The notes: a model not told the origin generated them from the sequence alone. DNA of 56,351 nucleotides, filler included, from Sphacelaria rigidula (GCA_964200075.2; 7 parts of 7 records of this genome joined end to end with filler, not necessarily neighbours in it), one strand, 5' to 3'; positions 35,651 to 48,163 are shown, counted from the first letter of the whole stretch. Numbers and translations: made by a program.

Positions 35651-37034
35651 TGCGAACGCCAAATGACGAATCAGAGGGAAAAACTAAAATAAAGACACAG
35701 TGGACTCGTAAAAACAAAAACTATGATGGCAGCAGCACAGAGCAGACTGGCTGGGCTGACCTATCGACTTATCACGCATCTATCTAGTGCGGCGAGCCAA
35801 TTCCCCAGTCACTCCCGAAGCTACCGGTTCACGCCCCTCTGCTCAGCTGACGAACCTTCAAGGCCACGTTCCGAACACGAATCAGACCTTGTTGGGTCTA
35901 CGACTACAACTGGTGGTGGGATTTTTACCTTTTGCATCGACTTTGCCAGCTGCGGGCGTACTAGTCGAAGGTGAGCGAGGTGCCGTTGACGCATTGTTGT
36001 CCGTCGGCAGTAGGTGGCACAGGAAAAACTTGGGGCGGCCCAGCGCATCTCTGGCTAGGGTGAGCGAAAGCGACAGCTGGATCGGACATCGGAGGGGGGG
36101 GTTAGGGGGGATAAAGCAAAAGGTTGGAGTGTTTACGGGATCAAGTACAAGACAAGTAACAAGCGTGTGCGACAGAACAAAAAAGAAACCTGTGTAGAAC
36201 TATGCGGGGGCGACGGCGCATGAGGGTCGAGAATTGGAGCATTTTGAGCAATACCATGAAAGAACTTGTATACGGTGCAGAGAGAACGACTGCACGCCAA
36301 AAATTTGTGGTTGAGGAGCGACCCTCCTTTTCGACCCAAGAGGGACTCCTCGTTTCTACCTTCGGCTGTTGAGCCTCCAATAAACCACAAGGTGTCGAAG
36401 AGAGGGCCATTGAACAACCTCAGGAGGACAGCTTTCAAACACCTGCTTTCAAGGACCCTTTCGGAATGTTAGACTCAACTCGTACTTGTACTGACATGAC
36501 AGCAAGCCCGAGTAAGGATGACAGCATCGGATTACGGAACGCAGCGCTAACTCACATTAGAAGCGTCGCCCTTAAGCATCGCTTTGGCCGTGACATGCTT
36601 AGGCTCCTTCAATGTCCCGTCGGTAAGCATCGCGGCCAACGACCTATGCACGGCGCAGTTCACGTGAGCAGCACGAAGATTTCACGGGCTTATAGGCATC
36701 AGAGCTTAGAACGGCCATATCCTGTTTTTTTGTCAATCGCGATGGTTGATACGTGTTGCTTCGGCTTTTACCCGAGCGTGTGAAACGCAAGAGCGCACCA
36801 ATGATGACACGACGGTTCATTTGCTTCAGCCACTGAACCCGCAACGTACAAGGGTTCCACACTCAAAATAGGAATATATAACAACATGCACCACAAAGCA
36901 TATTCAACAGCTCTTGTTTCCCCAAGCATTGACGAGGACTGAAACGTCACAAGCGGGCAGGACAGCACTTCCCATCTTGAAAAATCCTCAAGAAGGAGAG
37001 CTCCTGAACTAGTCATATATATATATATATATAT

Positions 37035-37062
37035 ACAAGGGGTTCGGCGGCTTCCGCCGCAC
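37035..37062 (-). mobile_element. Possible Helitron-like 3' terminus next to (TA)n
   Basis: Minus strand: hairpin CGGCGG-AAG-CCGCCG, then AACCCCTTGT, then (AT)n. Confidence 0.35.
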
Positions 37063-38399
37063 CGCTCAATGAGATCGATAGCCGAGGTACATGAGGACCG
37101 GTCATTGTTGCTCGCATTAGGTGACGGAACAGATCAGAGCTTCAAGTGCAGTATATTGCGCTGTGTGGATATGGAGACCCGTGTCCCAGGGGCAGGGTAT
37201 GAAGAAGAGGCTTGATGGTGTTTTGACGATTGTACCGATACGGTAGAACGGGCAAAAGACTACCTCCACCGTCGAAGAACAGATACGAAGACACTCATGT
37301 ACATTTTCCACCCACAGCAACGAAAAGGAACCCGATACCCGGGGACACAAAGACTTGCGACAGACACACACGAGTGTTCGCAACCATGAGTCCAGTACTA
37401 TTGCACCGCAGAAACGCCCCTCGTACGGAACAGGGTCCAGAAACAGCAACTGAAGAGGCATAAAATATTCATTCCCCCTCCTTCGTGGGCAACAACGAAG
37501 CAGGCAATACCCGGAATGTAGTGGATATATACGAGAAACGGAAGAAGTAAGACAACAATCGACCAACAGTAGCGACCGATATCCCCCAAAACACGGTAAA
37601 CGACGACCACGGATTCAACATGACAGACTATCCCGTCGTGCGAAAGCCGTTCATAAACAGCAAAGAACACTCGACCAACAGTAGCGACTGATGTCTTCCG
37701 AAACACGGACAACCCCGGATTCAACATCACAGACATGACCCATTGTATGAAACAGGCACCAGAAATAGCAGGACAGGTGAGCACACGACAACCGCAACGT
37801 GGCGTTTCTCCGGCTTCGCCACCACGATTAGTGGATCGACAGCCACGGTACATGAGCACCGGTGATAGCTGTGTGCGGTGTATAAGCTCATGGACTGAGC
37901 ACGGTGGCAAATCTGGATCATGAACACTTTTATTGAGTGAAATTGATAATACTTCAGCAGATTACCAATTTTTCGCCGTCAGATGGTTGATGGAAAGCGG
38001 CGGGAAAAAATTGTCGTGTCTTCTGACTGTTTCATGAGCATGATGCCGGTTCGATTTTCAAAGAACCTTTTTTTTCGTTTCGTCTTCAGTCCGAAGAGCA
38101 ACATGGATGATGAATATGTACGAAGGCTCAACACAAAGCATCACAATCAAAAGTGAACCTGGGGAAGTGACCGCCCCCGCAAACCAAGAACCCATATAGT
38201 GGCAACGAATTTGACCATTTGACCGCCATGATAGGTTATCTGTTGTTAAATCGGCATCAGCTACTTGGACTTTACAAATTACAGCCTGGTCCGGATGACC
38301 TACCCTACCGGTCAAAGGATTGATCCTTTTGCGACGGGAGCTTGCCACTGAGATCCTTGATACCCCTGAGCAAGATATCGACGTGTAGCTGTATGCACA

Positions 38400-38637
38400 C
38401 GTCAGTGCTAGAGGCGAAGAAAAGCACGCACGGAATGAAAAACTGGCTTCGTTGAAACGAATAGTCAAAGCCACTCTCAATCAGCGCTCTACTCTCAATC
38501 TCACGAAAACATTGTAGTCGCAGTCCACTGTTGAACATGGTGTGAGATAAAATTCCAGATCGTGTGACTGCACCGAGGTTCGAACCGACGACCCAACCGC
38601 CATGAGGTTTGGGGGTTTCCAACTGAGCCACCCGAGC
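38400..38637 (-). mobile_element. tRNA-derived SINE-like element
   Basis: A box TGGCTCAGTTGG and B box GGTTCGAACC (38566-38637). The downstream body 38408-38515 is homologous to 42721-42828. Confidence 0.65.
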
Positions 38638-39156
38638 GACCGTCTGCCGACTAAAATATGAAAAATAGAAACCGGCACCTCATGACGAAAAAGACGCATG
38701 TATGGCAGAGCAGAAGCAGCAGCAACAACAACAGCAGTTCAGAGACAGGAGAAGGGAAGTACAGTCAAGACAGTTCGACATGCGGGCAAGATCACAACAT
38801 GCTTCCCCTGTGCGCCGAGATTGGACGGAGAGTCGTTCCGCACAATCTATCCTACTGAGCATGACTCTGATTCAATTTTCAAGTGACCTGTATACGGTAA
38901 GAGGTGGCATCTCCGACGGTCAGAGGGTCAAAAAGAGACCCCATTTCGCCGTAGTCAAAAAGCAGGTGAAAAAGTGCACCTGTCTCAGAGCCTCTGGGAA
39001 AGATTCTGGCAGTCCTGTGTGCGCTGTGACATGGACGCACGAAGCCGCCATGGCGAGGAAAGAAGGCGGAAAACACCATGCTGAGCACTGCCGTGGAAGC
39101 GATGGTCCCGAAACCTCCTGAAGGGGAATCATGCAATGCTGCTTTGTCAGAGTTTG

Positions 39157-39358
39157 AGAGAACGAAATGACCCCGTTTCGCTGTACTCTATAATCAAGTG
39201 AAGAGCGAATGCTCGCCTCTCTGAGCTTCTGAGAACGACCGAATGACAGTACTCTAAAAATAAAGTGTGAGCAAATGCTGGCCTCTCAGAGCTTGTGGGA
39301 ACGACGGAATGACCCCGTTTAGCCGTGCTCTAAAACCAAGTGAAAAAAGTGCACCTGC
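39157..39358. repeat. ~70-bp tandem repeat (x3); related copies at 38935-39000 and 8165-8260
   Basis: Recurring GAGAACGA..ATGACCCC...TACTCTA.AA.CAAGTG...CTCAGAGC. Confidence 0.75.
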
Positions 39359-40097
39359 ATCCACGGCTCTTCAACGGCGAAAAAGATCAAATGAGTATTT
39401 GTTATATATATATATCCCCATATACCTTCATGTGTAGATCGGTTGGAGAAAGAACAGACAGTAGTTACAAACCACGAATGTAGTGACATGGATAAAGGAC
39501 AATACAAAGTAGCGATGGAGAACAAACCCATCTGTCGTGTTGCTAGCGTCCGCCGAGAGCAGCCAAAGAATGTGGAAGCATCAATAGGGATAGCGACTGG
39601 CCAATCTGTTCAGCGTAGTTGCGACGCAGGCGAATATTCCAGAGAGGACTGCGACTCCGCCCTCATGCGTCTGCATCAACAAGCATCTCCAGGAAACACG
39701 TAAAAACGAGCACGCGCCGCGGGCGAGCGCTACCTCGGTGCACTGTGCCTTGAGCTTTTCAACTGTACCGTACTCCAAATGTGAGGTGAGAAACACACGC
39801 GTACGCGGCTGGTTCGTTCAAGAAACGACAATTTCGAAGGTAGAGTAGCGAGCCAACACTCTTTCACAAGATCCAGTACCTGCGAAAGTGCTTGCTAGGA
39901 CGTCACATCACAATGTCGTGTTCATGAACACTGCTGTTGAAGCAACTATATTGGTTCGACTCGCCGGCCTTGGGGGAGTCGAGTGGTCTGCCACCAAAAG
40001 CACTGCAGCACACACCCTCTTGCCTGCAAATCCGGGGAGCAGAACAAAGAGATGAACGAAAAACAGCCTCCCCCCTTCCCCCTAAATCGCCGGAAAT

Positions 40098-40225
40098 CTC
40101 TATTAGGAGCAGGAACGGTGCTCCGTCTCGAAAGGGATGCGTGGTCGATGGCCAAACGACTACGGCAAGCAACAAATGAGTACCTTCACCCCCCACCCCC
40201 CCCCCCCCCCCCACCCCCCCCCCCA
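40098..40225 (+). mobile_element. LINE 3' end (family X) with a long C-tract at contig end
   Basis: Encodes SIRSRNGAPSRKGCVVDGQTTTASNK*, then GTAC and a C-run; also C-rich upstream (40067-40082). Confidence 0.8.
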
Positions 40226-40325
40226 NNNNNNNNNNNNNNNNNNNNNNNNNNNNNNNNNNNNNNNNNNNNTTAATTAATTAANNNNNNNNNNNNNNNNNNN
40301 NNNNNNNNNNNNNNNNNNNNNNNNN
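40226..40325. other. Artificial contig spacer
   Basis: 44N-TTAATTAATTAA-44N. Confidence 0.98.
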
Positions 40326-40405
40326 CGTCACCAAAACGTCGAAACCCTTCGCAACTCGTGAGGAATGATGCACAAAAAAATGCCAGATTATGCGCAAAAA
40401 CAAAA

Positions 40406-40477
40406 TGGTCGTGTCGGGATTTGAACTCGTGACCTCTGTAATAGGAGGCGGTTCTACCAGTTTGACCACCGGGTGCC
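40406..40477 (-). repeat. tRNA-derived head (A and B box)
   Basis: GGCACCCGGTGGTCAAACTGGTAG...GAGGTCACGAGTTCAAATCCCGACACGACC, then ATTTTGTTTTT. Confidence 0.6.
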
Positions 40478-40489
40478 AGACGAAAAAGT

Positions 40490-41228
40490 GGATGCTGTGG
40501 GTAATTCGAAGAGTTAGGCGCTGAAGTTTTGACACAACATGTTTGTTATCACTGCGCACAACATTTCCCGAGGTGCATCGGTTCTTTTTTTTTACGGTGT
40601 TATAGTATTTTTCTAGTTTTTACAGAAACTTCAAATCGCTCTCACTTCCTGTTTTGTTTTGTTTTGCGAATGCACCTTGAAAAATGATGTGCGTAGTGAT
40701 GATACAAATGTTTTGTCGAAATTTCAGTGCCTAACTCTTCAAATTAGGCTACTTGTTATGTATCGAAAAATATAACTTGTTGCAAAGTGGGTTTTTGGCC
40801 CTTCTCAGTCGTTTTCCCTCCGAAGAGATGGCTAGGCGGCTGTTGATCCCTTGGAATGACTTGCTCTACTCGCCGAGACGGTTCCTCAGCACCTTTGCGT
40901 TTGCCGTAGGTCACGGTTTCGTTTTTGGCCAAACTTGCGTTTTCAATAACAGTCAAGTTTCCAAAAAAATGTCAGTTTCCCCCCTGTTTTTAGATAACTT
41001 GACCGTGTGTTATCGAAAATGCAAGTTTGGCCGAAAACGAAGCCGTGACCTACGGCAAACGCAAAGATGCTCTGGGACCGTCTCAGCGAGTAGAGCAAGT
41101 CATTCCAAGGTGTCAACAGCCGCCTTGCCCTTTTTCCGGGGGAAAAACGACGGAGAAGGGCCAAAAATACACTTTTCAACGAGTTTTATTTTTCGATACA
41201 TGAGAAGTAGCCTTTACCCACAGCATCG
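40490..41228. mobile_element. Outer fold-back element interrupted by an inner MITE
   Basis: The left arm GATGCTGTGGGTAATTCGAAGAGTTAGGCGCTGAAG...GGTGCA pairs with 40671-40746, and pairing resumes after the insertion at TTACCCACAGCATC (41214-41227). Confidence 0.8.
40747..41212. mobile_element. Fold-back MITE (PIF/Harbinger-like, TTA-type target)
   Basis: TTA|GGCTACTT...~210-bp arms...AAGTAGCC|TTTA. Confidence 0.85.
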
Positions 41229-41289
41229 CCAAAATACATTTAAAAATCATTGTCAGCTGGCCCAGCCTGTATCTTGCTCGGCAGCCATG

Positions 41290-42190
41290 ACTGCATCGGA
41301 AAAACTTGTGGCGTTCATTTCAAAGCTCTACTGTTCTAGATTCAAAATCCAAACCTGTTCTCTCTATGTACAAAACACGGTTGTGTCCAGGTTCCGACCA
41401 CACGGCAGTGTTTTCTGTTACCGTCACAAATCATCGCCATCTAGACTGTACACGGTGCTCTCCGTGTCACATTGCTCGGGGCACCCTGCGCTGTACACGT
41501 CCTTCATATAATACAGTGCAGTACAGCAGTGAATACATACTGTTTGTAATGATCACTGAAACCCAACAGAGCTGCGACCTTCCCTGTCGCATGCCATCTT
41601 GCTCAAGAGCTGTCACAACGAACAAATGACTGCATCGGAGAAGCGGAGAATTACACGTACATAGTGCTGTCTGTTTCGGATCGCTATAAATACAAAATAT
41701 ATTATACCCAGTACACACAAGCTGCCATGGACAAGCGGACAAATAGATGTACACGGTGCTCTCCATCGTGCTGTTCTCTTCACATTGTCCGCGGTACCCT
41801 GCGCTGTACACATATGGCTTTGGACCGTCGTTCGTATAACACAGTGCAATACAGAAGTGGATGGATGTTCTTTGCAAGCACCGAAATCCAACAGAGCAAT
41901 GTCGCATGCCGTATTACTCAAGAGTCGTCACAACAAAGGACTGTGTCGGAAAAACGGAGAATTACACGTACATGGTGCTGTCTATTTCGGACCGTTCCAC
42001 ATACAACAAAATATTGCACCCAGTACACACAACCTGCCATGGACAAGCGGACAACTGGATGTACACGGTGCTATCCCTTTCACATTGCTCGCAGCACTGT
42101 GCGCTGTACACCTATGGCTGTGGACCGTCGTTCATGTAATACAGTACAGTACAGCACTGAACACATGTTGTCTTTTGCAAGCTCTGAAAT
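41290..42190. repeat. ~310-bp tandem repeat (2 good copies and 1 degenerate)
   Basis: Repeated CGGAGAATTACACGTACAT, CCAGTACACACAA, GCCATGGACAAGCGGACAA and TGCGCTGTACAC. Confidence 0.85.
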
Positions 42191-43180
42191 TGAATCTGTA
42201 GCAACTGTACATCACGGTAGACCGTCATCGACTGCATCAAAACTCCTTACCGACTGTTTGCCAGCACGCCATGCCCACCGACTCCTGGTATCGATCTCAC
42301 CAACAGCTTACACCGTACCGTCCCAAACTCAGCGCTTTTCCTTGTCATGAAGGGTGGTGTTGAGAAAACACCGGGCTTTCGTTTGTATCGTTGATATTCA
42401 TACTCTCATACGTTATCTGAGGTTTGCCGCAGGCATGCTCCGCCTCCCGATATATGAATTTCACGACCGGCGTGTATCTGCCTGTACAGGTAAATTCACA
42501 GAACCTGCCTGTACGATAGAACCAAATCTGCAGCATGTTTGAGCAGACCCGCCGGTCTGACGAACATTTTTGAATTCACCCGCACACAACAGAGACGACG
42601 CATCATAACGACATGCACAGCACCAGCTCACACACAGATGAGCCACCACCATCAATCCTTCAACTTATCGTACATGCTTGGCAGACGGGCGACCCCGCTG
42701 CTTTTGTGTGTACAGATTGAACAATGTTTCCGAGAGACTTGGAGTAGAACGCTGATTAAGAGTGGTTTTGATCATTCGCTTCAACTCAGCCAATATTTCA
42801 TACCGTGTGTGCTTTTATTTGCCTATATCACCCTCTTTCAGTGTTGTTGCCGCAGTACCGTACTGCTGGAACGGGTAGATTTTGTTGAGGACAGAGGGTT
42901 GGTCGGAAGACTCCTTTGAGGGACCGACTTTGACGCCCCAATTCTCCTCGGCGACGTGTACGATCCGAGCGCTCTTTTTGCGCTGTGCTTCGAATTGGAA
43001 TGCAATGGGCTGTAACCTTTCTACACGTCCCGCGGTAAAAGAAAAACATATGACTTGTTTATGTAAATTTTCACGGGAAACTTGAGAAGCACTTGAAAAG
43101 CGGTCCAACCCCGAAATGTGTCGGGGGTGTGGAGGTGTGTAGGTGTGTGAGCCGTCTGAATAGGGAGGGCGACACCTCAA

Positions 43181-43278
43181 CCCTGAGACCGCGAGGGTAG
43201 TCCCTCTGAATCATGCATTCTGTCTGCAAGTGAAATTGATGCCGATTCGACAGATGACCTACTCTCGCCGTCTAAGGG
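43181..43278. mobile_element. Short piggyBac-like MITE
   Basis: TCAA|CCCTGAGACCGCGAGGGTAG...CTACTCTCGCCGTCTAAGGG|TTAA. Related copies at 47613-47711, ~13365-13433, ~19008-19108 and ~38211-38326. Confidence 0.7.
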
Positions 43279-43319
43279 TTAACGCACGACTTCCGCATGC
43301 GAAGGATGTAGACTAAAAT

Positions 43320-43445
43320 CGAGTTGCCGCGAGATGGTCTTGCCGAGCCTTCGGGTAATCGGCACACGAACCCACTTGCGAAGCTCGCTTGCGGGGTAAG
43401 TGTTGGGTTGGGTCTCCCCCTTCCGTCAAGGAAAAACAAACAAAC
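43320..43445 (+). mobile_element. Second copy of the A-tailed retroposon 3' end
   Basis: Homologous to 21990-22090; ends TCAAGGAAAAACAAACAAA. Confidence 0.65.
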
Positions 43446-44142
43446 TGAAATCAAGTGCATCTAAGAAAACGAACAGGTGGTCCATGATTTGTGAAATGTC
43501 ATCGAACAGCCCGGACATTTTTCGGAGGCCAACACCCCTCCCCCCATTAGCATCCCCAACGGTGAGACTTCCTTTTTCTTTCGTAGTGGTTACGGTTAGC
43601 CGTGGAAGTCCCTATCTTCTTATATTGATGAGTTATGGTTAACGCCAGGGTCATTGGTTTGTTTTTCGCCAAGTTGTTCAAAACCTCCACGCACCCCACG
43701 CGGCGGCACTGCTGCCACGTGCGTCAGCCGTGGCTTACCACTAACCCTCTATATTATTAGCGTTATGCCTCTCTGCTCGATACCCAAATCAGTACGTTTG
43801 CGTCCGTTTTATCTATACTTTATCCAAGTAAAAAATGTCACTTTTACGACCAACATTTGCAACACGACTTGACTATGTATTGGATTGCGCCTTGACTACG
43901 AAATTGGATTGCCTTACCGTCAAACATGAAGCAACAGCTATATGTACAGTCGCTGTTATGGCTTGCGGCTTCTGCACTACACTACAACAGTATTCGTACG
44001 TGCGGTCGCTCTTGTTGCTTGCACCATCGCTTGCGGCGGCAGCGACTCTCACGATAAGCACAACAGTGCTGATCGGTGATCACAATCGGTGATCGGTGAT
44101 CGGCTCTCGCACAACACTACAACGGTAGTTCGTATCTGCAAT

Positions 44143-44797
44143 CGCTCTTGTGGCTCGCGGCATCACCTCTCACGAAGCCGAACAAGCGTGATCGCTGTTA
44201 TACTCGCCTCTCTGAACAACTGCAACACCACATGGATTATAAAAGAGCACCAGCTATGTGTGCTCTTGCACTACACCGCAGCAGTACTTTATTGCTTAGT
44301 TGCTTCATTACAAAGTCGCTGTCGTCGACCTGGTACACGACGACAGTAGTGTAATTTTAAACCTCTGTACTGTATACGGTACATGAATTCAAAGTTGAAC
44401 GGAATTGCAAACTGGAACTTTTTATTCGAAATCTATTCAACTATTCAAAACGCTCTTATGGCTTGCGGCATCACCTCTCATGAAGCCGAACAACCGTGAT
44501 CGCTGTTATGCTCGCCTCTATCAACAATTGCAACACCACGTGGATTATAAAATAGCACCAGCTATATGTGCTCATCACACGGATTATAAAAGAGTACCAG
44601 CGATATGTGCTCTTGAACTACACCACAACAGTACTTCATTGCTCAGTCGCTTCGTTGCACAGTCGCTGTCTTCAACGTAGTGCACGACGACGGTAGTGTA
44701 AGTTCAAAACTCTATACTGTACACGGTACATAAATTCAAAACTAAACGGAATCGCAAACTGGAACTTTTTATTTGAAATCTATTCAAAGGTTCAAAA
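44143..44797. repeat. ~310-345-bp tandem duplication
   Basis: 44143-44450 and 44451-44797 are colinear (GCGGCATCACCTCTCA.GAAGCCGAACAA ... GCAAACTGGAACTTTTTATT). Confidence 0.9.
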
Positions 44798-46123
44798 CCT
44801 GTGGACACCAACACTGTGATTCCACGGCGCATATCACTTTCCCCTGTTGAGAGGGAATGTGGCAAATATTGTTCGCGGTGACCGTTTAAGTGTATCATAC
44901 ACGGCCAACACCCCACGCACACGAGATACGATAAGTTAAGTCCACCTTCGCTACATGCTGACAAGGCGGACCGTCAATCCAGTACGAAACTGCACACCAA
45001 TTGTTTGCACCGCACACATTGCCCACAACCTCCTCGCAGGTTGCATCGCGCTGTTCCAATATGAGCGATTTTCTTTACTGTGAGGGGTGGTGTTTAGCAA
45101 ACACCTGGGTTTTTCGTTTTAAATCTTAGCTCTTGCTTTTTTTTTTTTTCACGGTCAATCCGAACTGTCGCTCGGGGAATGTGTAGGGCCGGACAAACAT
45201 CTCTGTATGGGTACCACCGTACCGTGTTGTGTGTGCCGCACCGTACCATGATGGTGTATTGGGAACAATGCTGTGCGGTAGTGTTGGCAACCCCACAAGC
45301 GTATGCGATTGGTGACCCGCCTGTGCGTGTTTGTGAGTTGTGCTGCTGTGCGTGTGTGCACCGTACACCCCTATAACCATGGGTAGAATGCAGTGGACAG
45401 GCTGATGCTTCTGCACAAACACGCTCACGCCCTCTCTCACATGCTGTTGAGCTGTCACTGAACTATGGTGTATTTGGACCTTACCAAGACGTTTTGGTCT
45501 CCGCCGGGACTGCCTGAGCTACCACCTCACTGTTGTGTTTATCGCTGTAGAAAGCTAATGATGTTAGTAGGCACGCAGCGCTGTCCACACTGTTGAAAAC
45601 TTCATGGTGTGTTGGCTGTTTCATCTTCCGTAAAACAAACAAGGCGTTGCCCACACCCATCATTTCTATGTTTTAGTTGAGTTGTCGCTGTGCTGTTGAA
45701 CGTTTGAACCCTTTTACACTGTAGTTGGATCTGTGCTGGAGAGTGCCCCAACAGCTGGACTGCTGTTGTGTTCCAGTCTGTACAGTGGAGTGAGCGGACT
45801 AGTGTTGTCTACACACAGTTGAGAAAATCACGTGATGACTGTGCAGCTGTTCGTTGCGTCTTCGTTGGTACTTGAGTTGTAGTCGGGCGCTGTGATCAAG
45901 TACAGTAAGACAGAAAAGACGGGTGCGTGCAGGTTGGGGCAAAGAAACTGAGCCAGTACGGACCGCTGTACCCTCAGGGATCGGCAGGTGATGGTCGCAG
46001 CCGTCTGTCTCCCAGCTGCGGAACGTGTGGGTCAATCAACGATCAACAGAAGATTCATTTATCATTTCATGAATAATTCTCTTTTATTATCAAATGAGCT
46101 TTGAATACAAAATCGACCCGTAG

Positions 46124-46511
46124 GCGCTTCTTATAGTCAGAAAACGGATTATCTGAAAACTGATCCTCTCGAGCCTTTCATACGGACTTTTGGCGTAATA
46201 CGGGCCTTGGCGGATTGGGCCTACTCTGAAACATTTGTCATGCTTTCCAAGAGGAGTCTAGCGCACATTCCCGACTGTTGGTCGGGTTCCCGATTTTTGG
46301 AGCAACTGAAAAAATCGAGAACCTGGCCTGAAACAAAACTGTGCGACGAAAAATCAGGAATGTGCGCTAGAAAATCTTGGAAAGCCTAACAAATGTTTCA
46401 GAGGAGGCTCAATCTGCCAAGGCCTGTATTTCGCCGAAAATCCGCGATGAAAGGCTCAAAAACGGCAGTTCGCAGAGAGTCTGTGTTGTGACTACCGTAT
46501 ATAAAAAGCGG
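46124..46511. mobile_element. Fold-back MITE
   Basis: Inverted arms, e.g. CTGAAACATTTGT/ACAAATGTTTCAG, CTAGCGCACATTCC/GGAATGTGCGCTAG and GAGCCTTTCAT/ATGAAAGGCTC. Confidence 0.8.
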
Positions 46512-47612
46512 TCTGATATGATGGTTAATAGTTGGCGTACAGCCCTTATCTGAACAAGAATGCTTCTCGGAAACACTCAAGATGTTGTTGGGGCAATCAA
46601 TTTTCAAAAGTGATCATTATTTTCGAAAAGACCCCGCCGAAGGGCGTGTTTTCTTCAGCAAACGTACGGCTGTTGTCGTTGTTTTTGTTTTTATCACATT
46701 GAAACCGTTCCGATATCTGCGCAGTCATCTCTGCTGGGTATTTGATGCGGACGCCTTCCGTGTTCAGATTTACTACCCAAAATAAGTATGAGGAAATGAA
46801 AAAAATATGATCGGACCCGGAAAATTCACACAGACGCGATACAAGATAAGATAAAATGAAAGTGCGGTGGAAAGAAAAAACACGATCTGATAAGAAATCG
46901 CTTCAACATAAATGGCCGAAGACACGCACTGAGGAAATATCAGAAATGGGAAAGGTAGGGAGTTGACGACATGGGTCGCTCGTTGTAAATGTCATTATGA
47001 CCTCGCAAGGGCGGGTGGCGTGGACTATATCCACACATAACCCTGGAGAAGGGATCTGTCCGGACTGTGATGATTTCAACAAGCCAGGGCGGTTCGAAAA
47101 CATCGCAAATGGCTACCGCCAGGCGTTTCAACAGCATGATGTCAACGCAGCAAATACCCTCAACGCCACCGGGTACGATGTCGACACGCGCCAGGAACAA
47201 GTCATCATGGCTCTCAACAAATACCCTCGCTCTCGAGTAGATGCATACAGCCAGAGTGTTGCCCATGCGATACAGGCGAGCGACGCCTCACTACTGCCGA
47301 CGAGGATCGACTAGCTAGGAATCGATGCTCTTAGACTCCGTGATTGTACATCCGGTGGGAGGTTAGTCGAGTGACAGGGCGCTATTCTCCTCGGTTTGGT
47401 GCTTGCTTCTTCGGTGTAGTTTCTCTATGAACGCAGCGCTGCCGGGTTGACGCCAACACGGTTAGGGCTCCCTTTTTCTCTTGTGATCCTCACGTTTAGC
47501 CGTGCGGTTGGGAGTCGCCACCCGCTGATAGGGCCGTTGTTACCCGGTTTTATTTTGCCTCCGTTTTCATGGGTAAAAATGGATGAAGAACATAAAAAAT
47601 AAAGCCCGTCAA

Positions 47613-47711
47613 TCCGTAGACCGCCCAGGGTAGTCCATCTGGATCATGCATACTTTTTTCAAGTGAAATTTACGCCGATTCAATAGATGACCTACTCTCG
47701 CCATCGAAGGG
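47613..47711. mobile_element. Short piggyBac-like MITE
   Basis: Homologous to 43181-43278; ends AAGGG|TTAA. Confidence 0.7.
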
Positions 47712-48006
47712 TTAATTACGACCCTTGAACTAATCAATTATGGATGGTGTCAGGGTCACCTTTTGTTCATCATTTTGTTCACAGCCTCCACGCGTGCGAG
47801 ATCCGTGGGGTTGATACCTGCGGCACTACTGCCACGCGCGTCAGCCGTGGCTCACCACTAGTTATATTGCTCTTGTTGCTGTTTTTGTTGCTGTTGTTGT
47901 TTCCGCATATTAGCCCAATCTCTCGAACCCGTGGTCACACCCGTAGGCTTGCCTTGTCAGTACCATCACTGCTATTCGGAACTTTTGTCTCCGACCAACG
48001 TGTCAG

Positions 48007-48163
48007 GGTGGAGTGGAAGAAGGCATGTGACCTGCTGGCTGAGATGCGGCGTAAGGGCCTGACGCCGGATCTTCACAGCTACACCGCTGCGATACGCGCG
48101 TGCGCCAAGGCGGGGCAGTCTTCGGAAGCCATGCGTCTGCTTAGAACGATGCAAACCAATCAG
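48007..48163 (+). CDS. Exon of a pentatricopeptide-repeat (PPR) protein
   Basis: EWKKACDLLAEMRRKGLTPDLHSYTAAIRACAKAGQSSEAMRLLRTMQ matches the PPR consensus (A..L..EM...G..PD..SY...I.AC...G). Acceptor TGTCAG|; donor uncertain. Confidence 0.9.

Noticed and set aside
38566..38637. Candidate tRNA-Met(CAT) gene
   Set aside because: A and B boxes are present, but the acceptor, D and T stems do not pair; treated as a SINE head.
41664..42350. 228-aa Cys/Thr-rich repeat ORF
   Set aside because: Lies in a ~310-bp tandem repeat with indels between copies and a degenerate third copy; no known repeat motif such as EsV-1-7 or FNIP.
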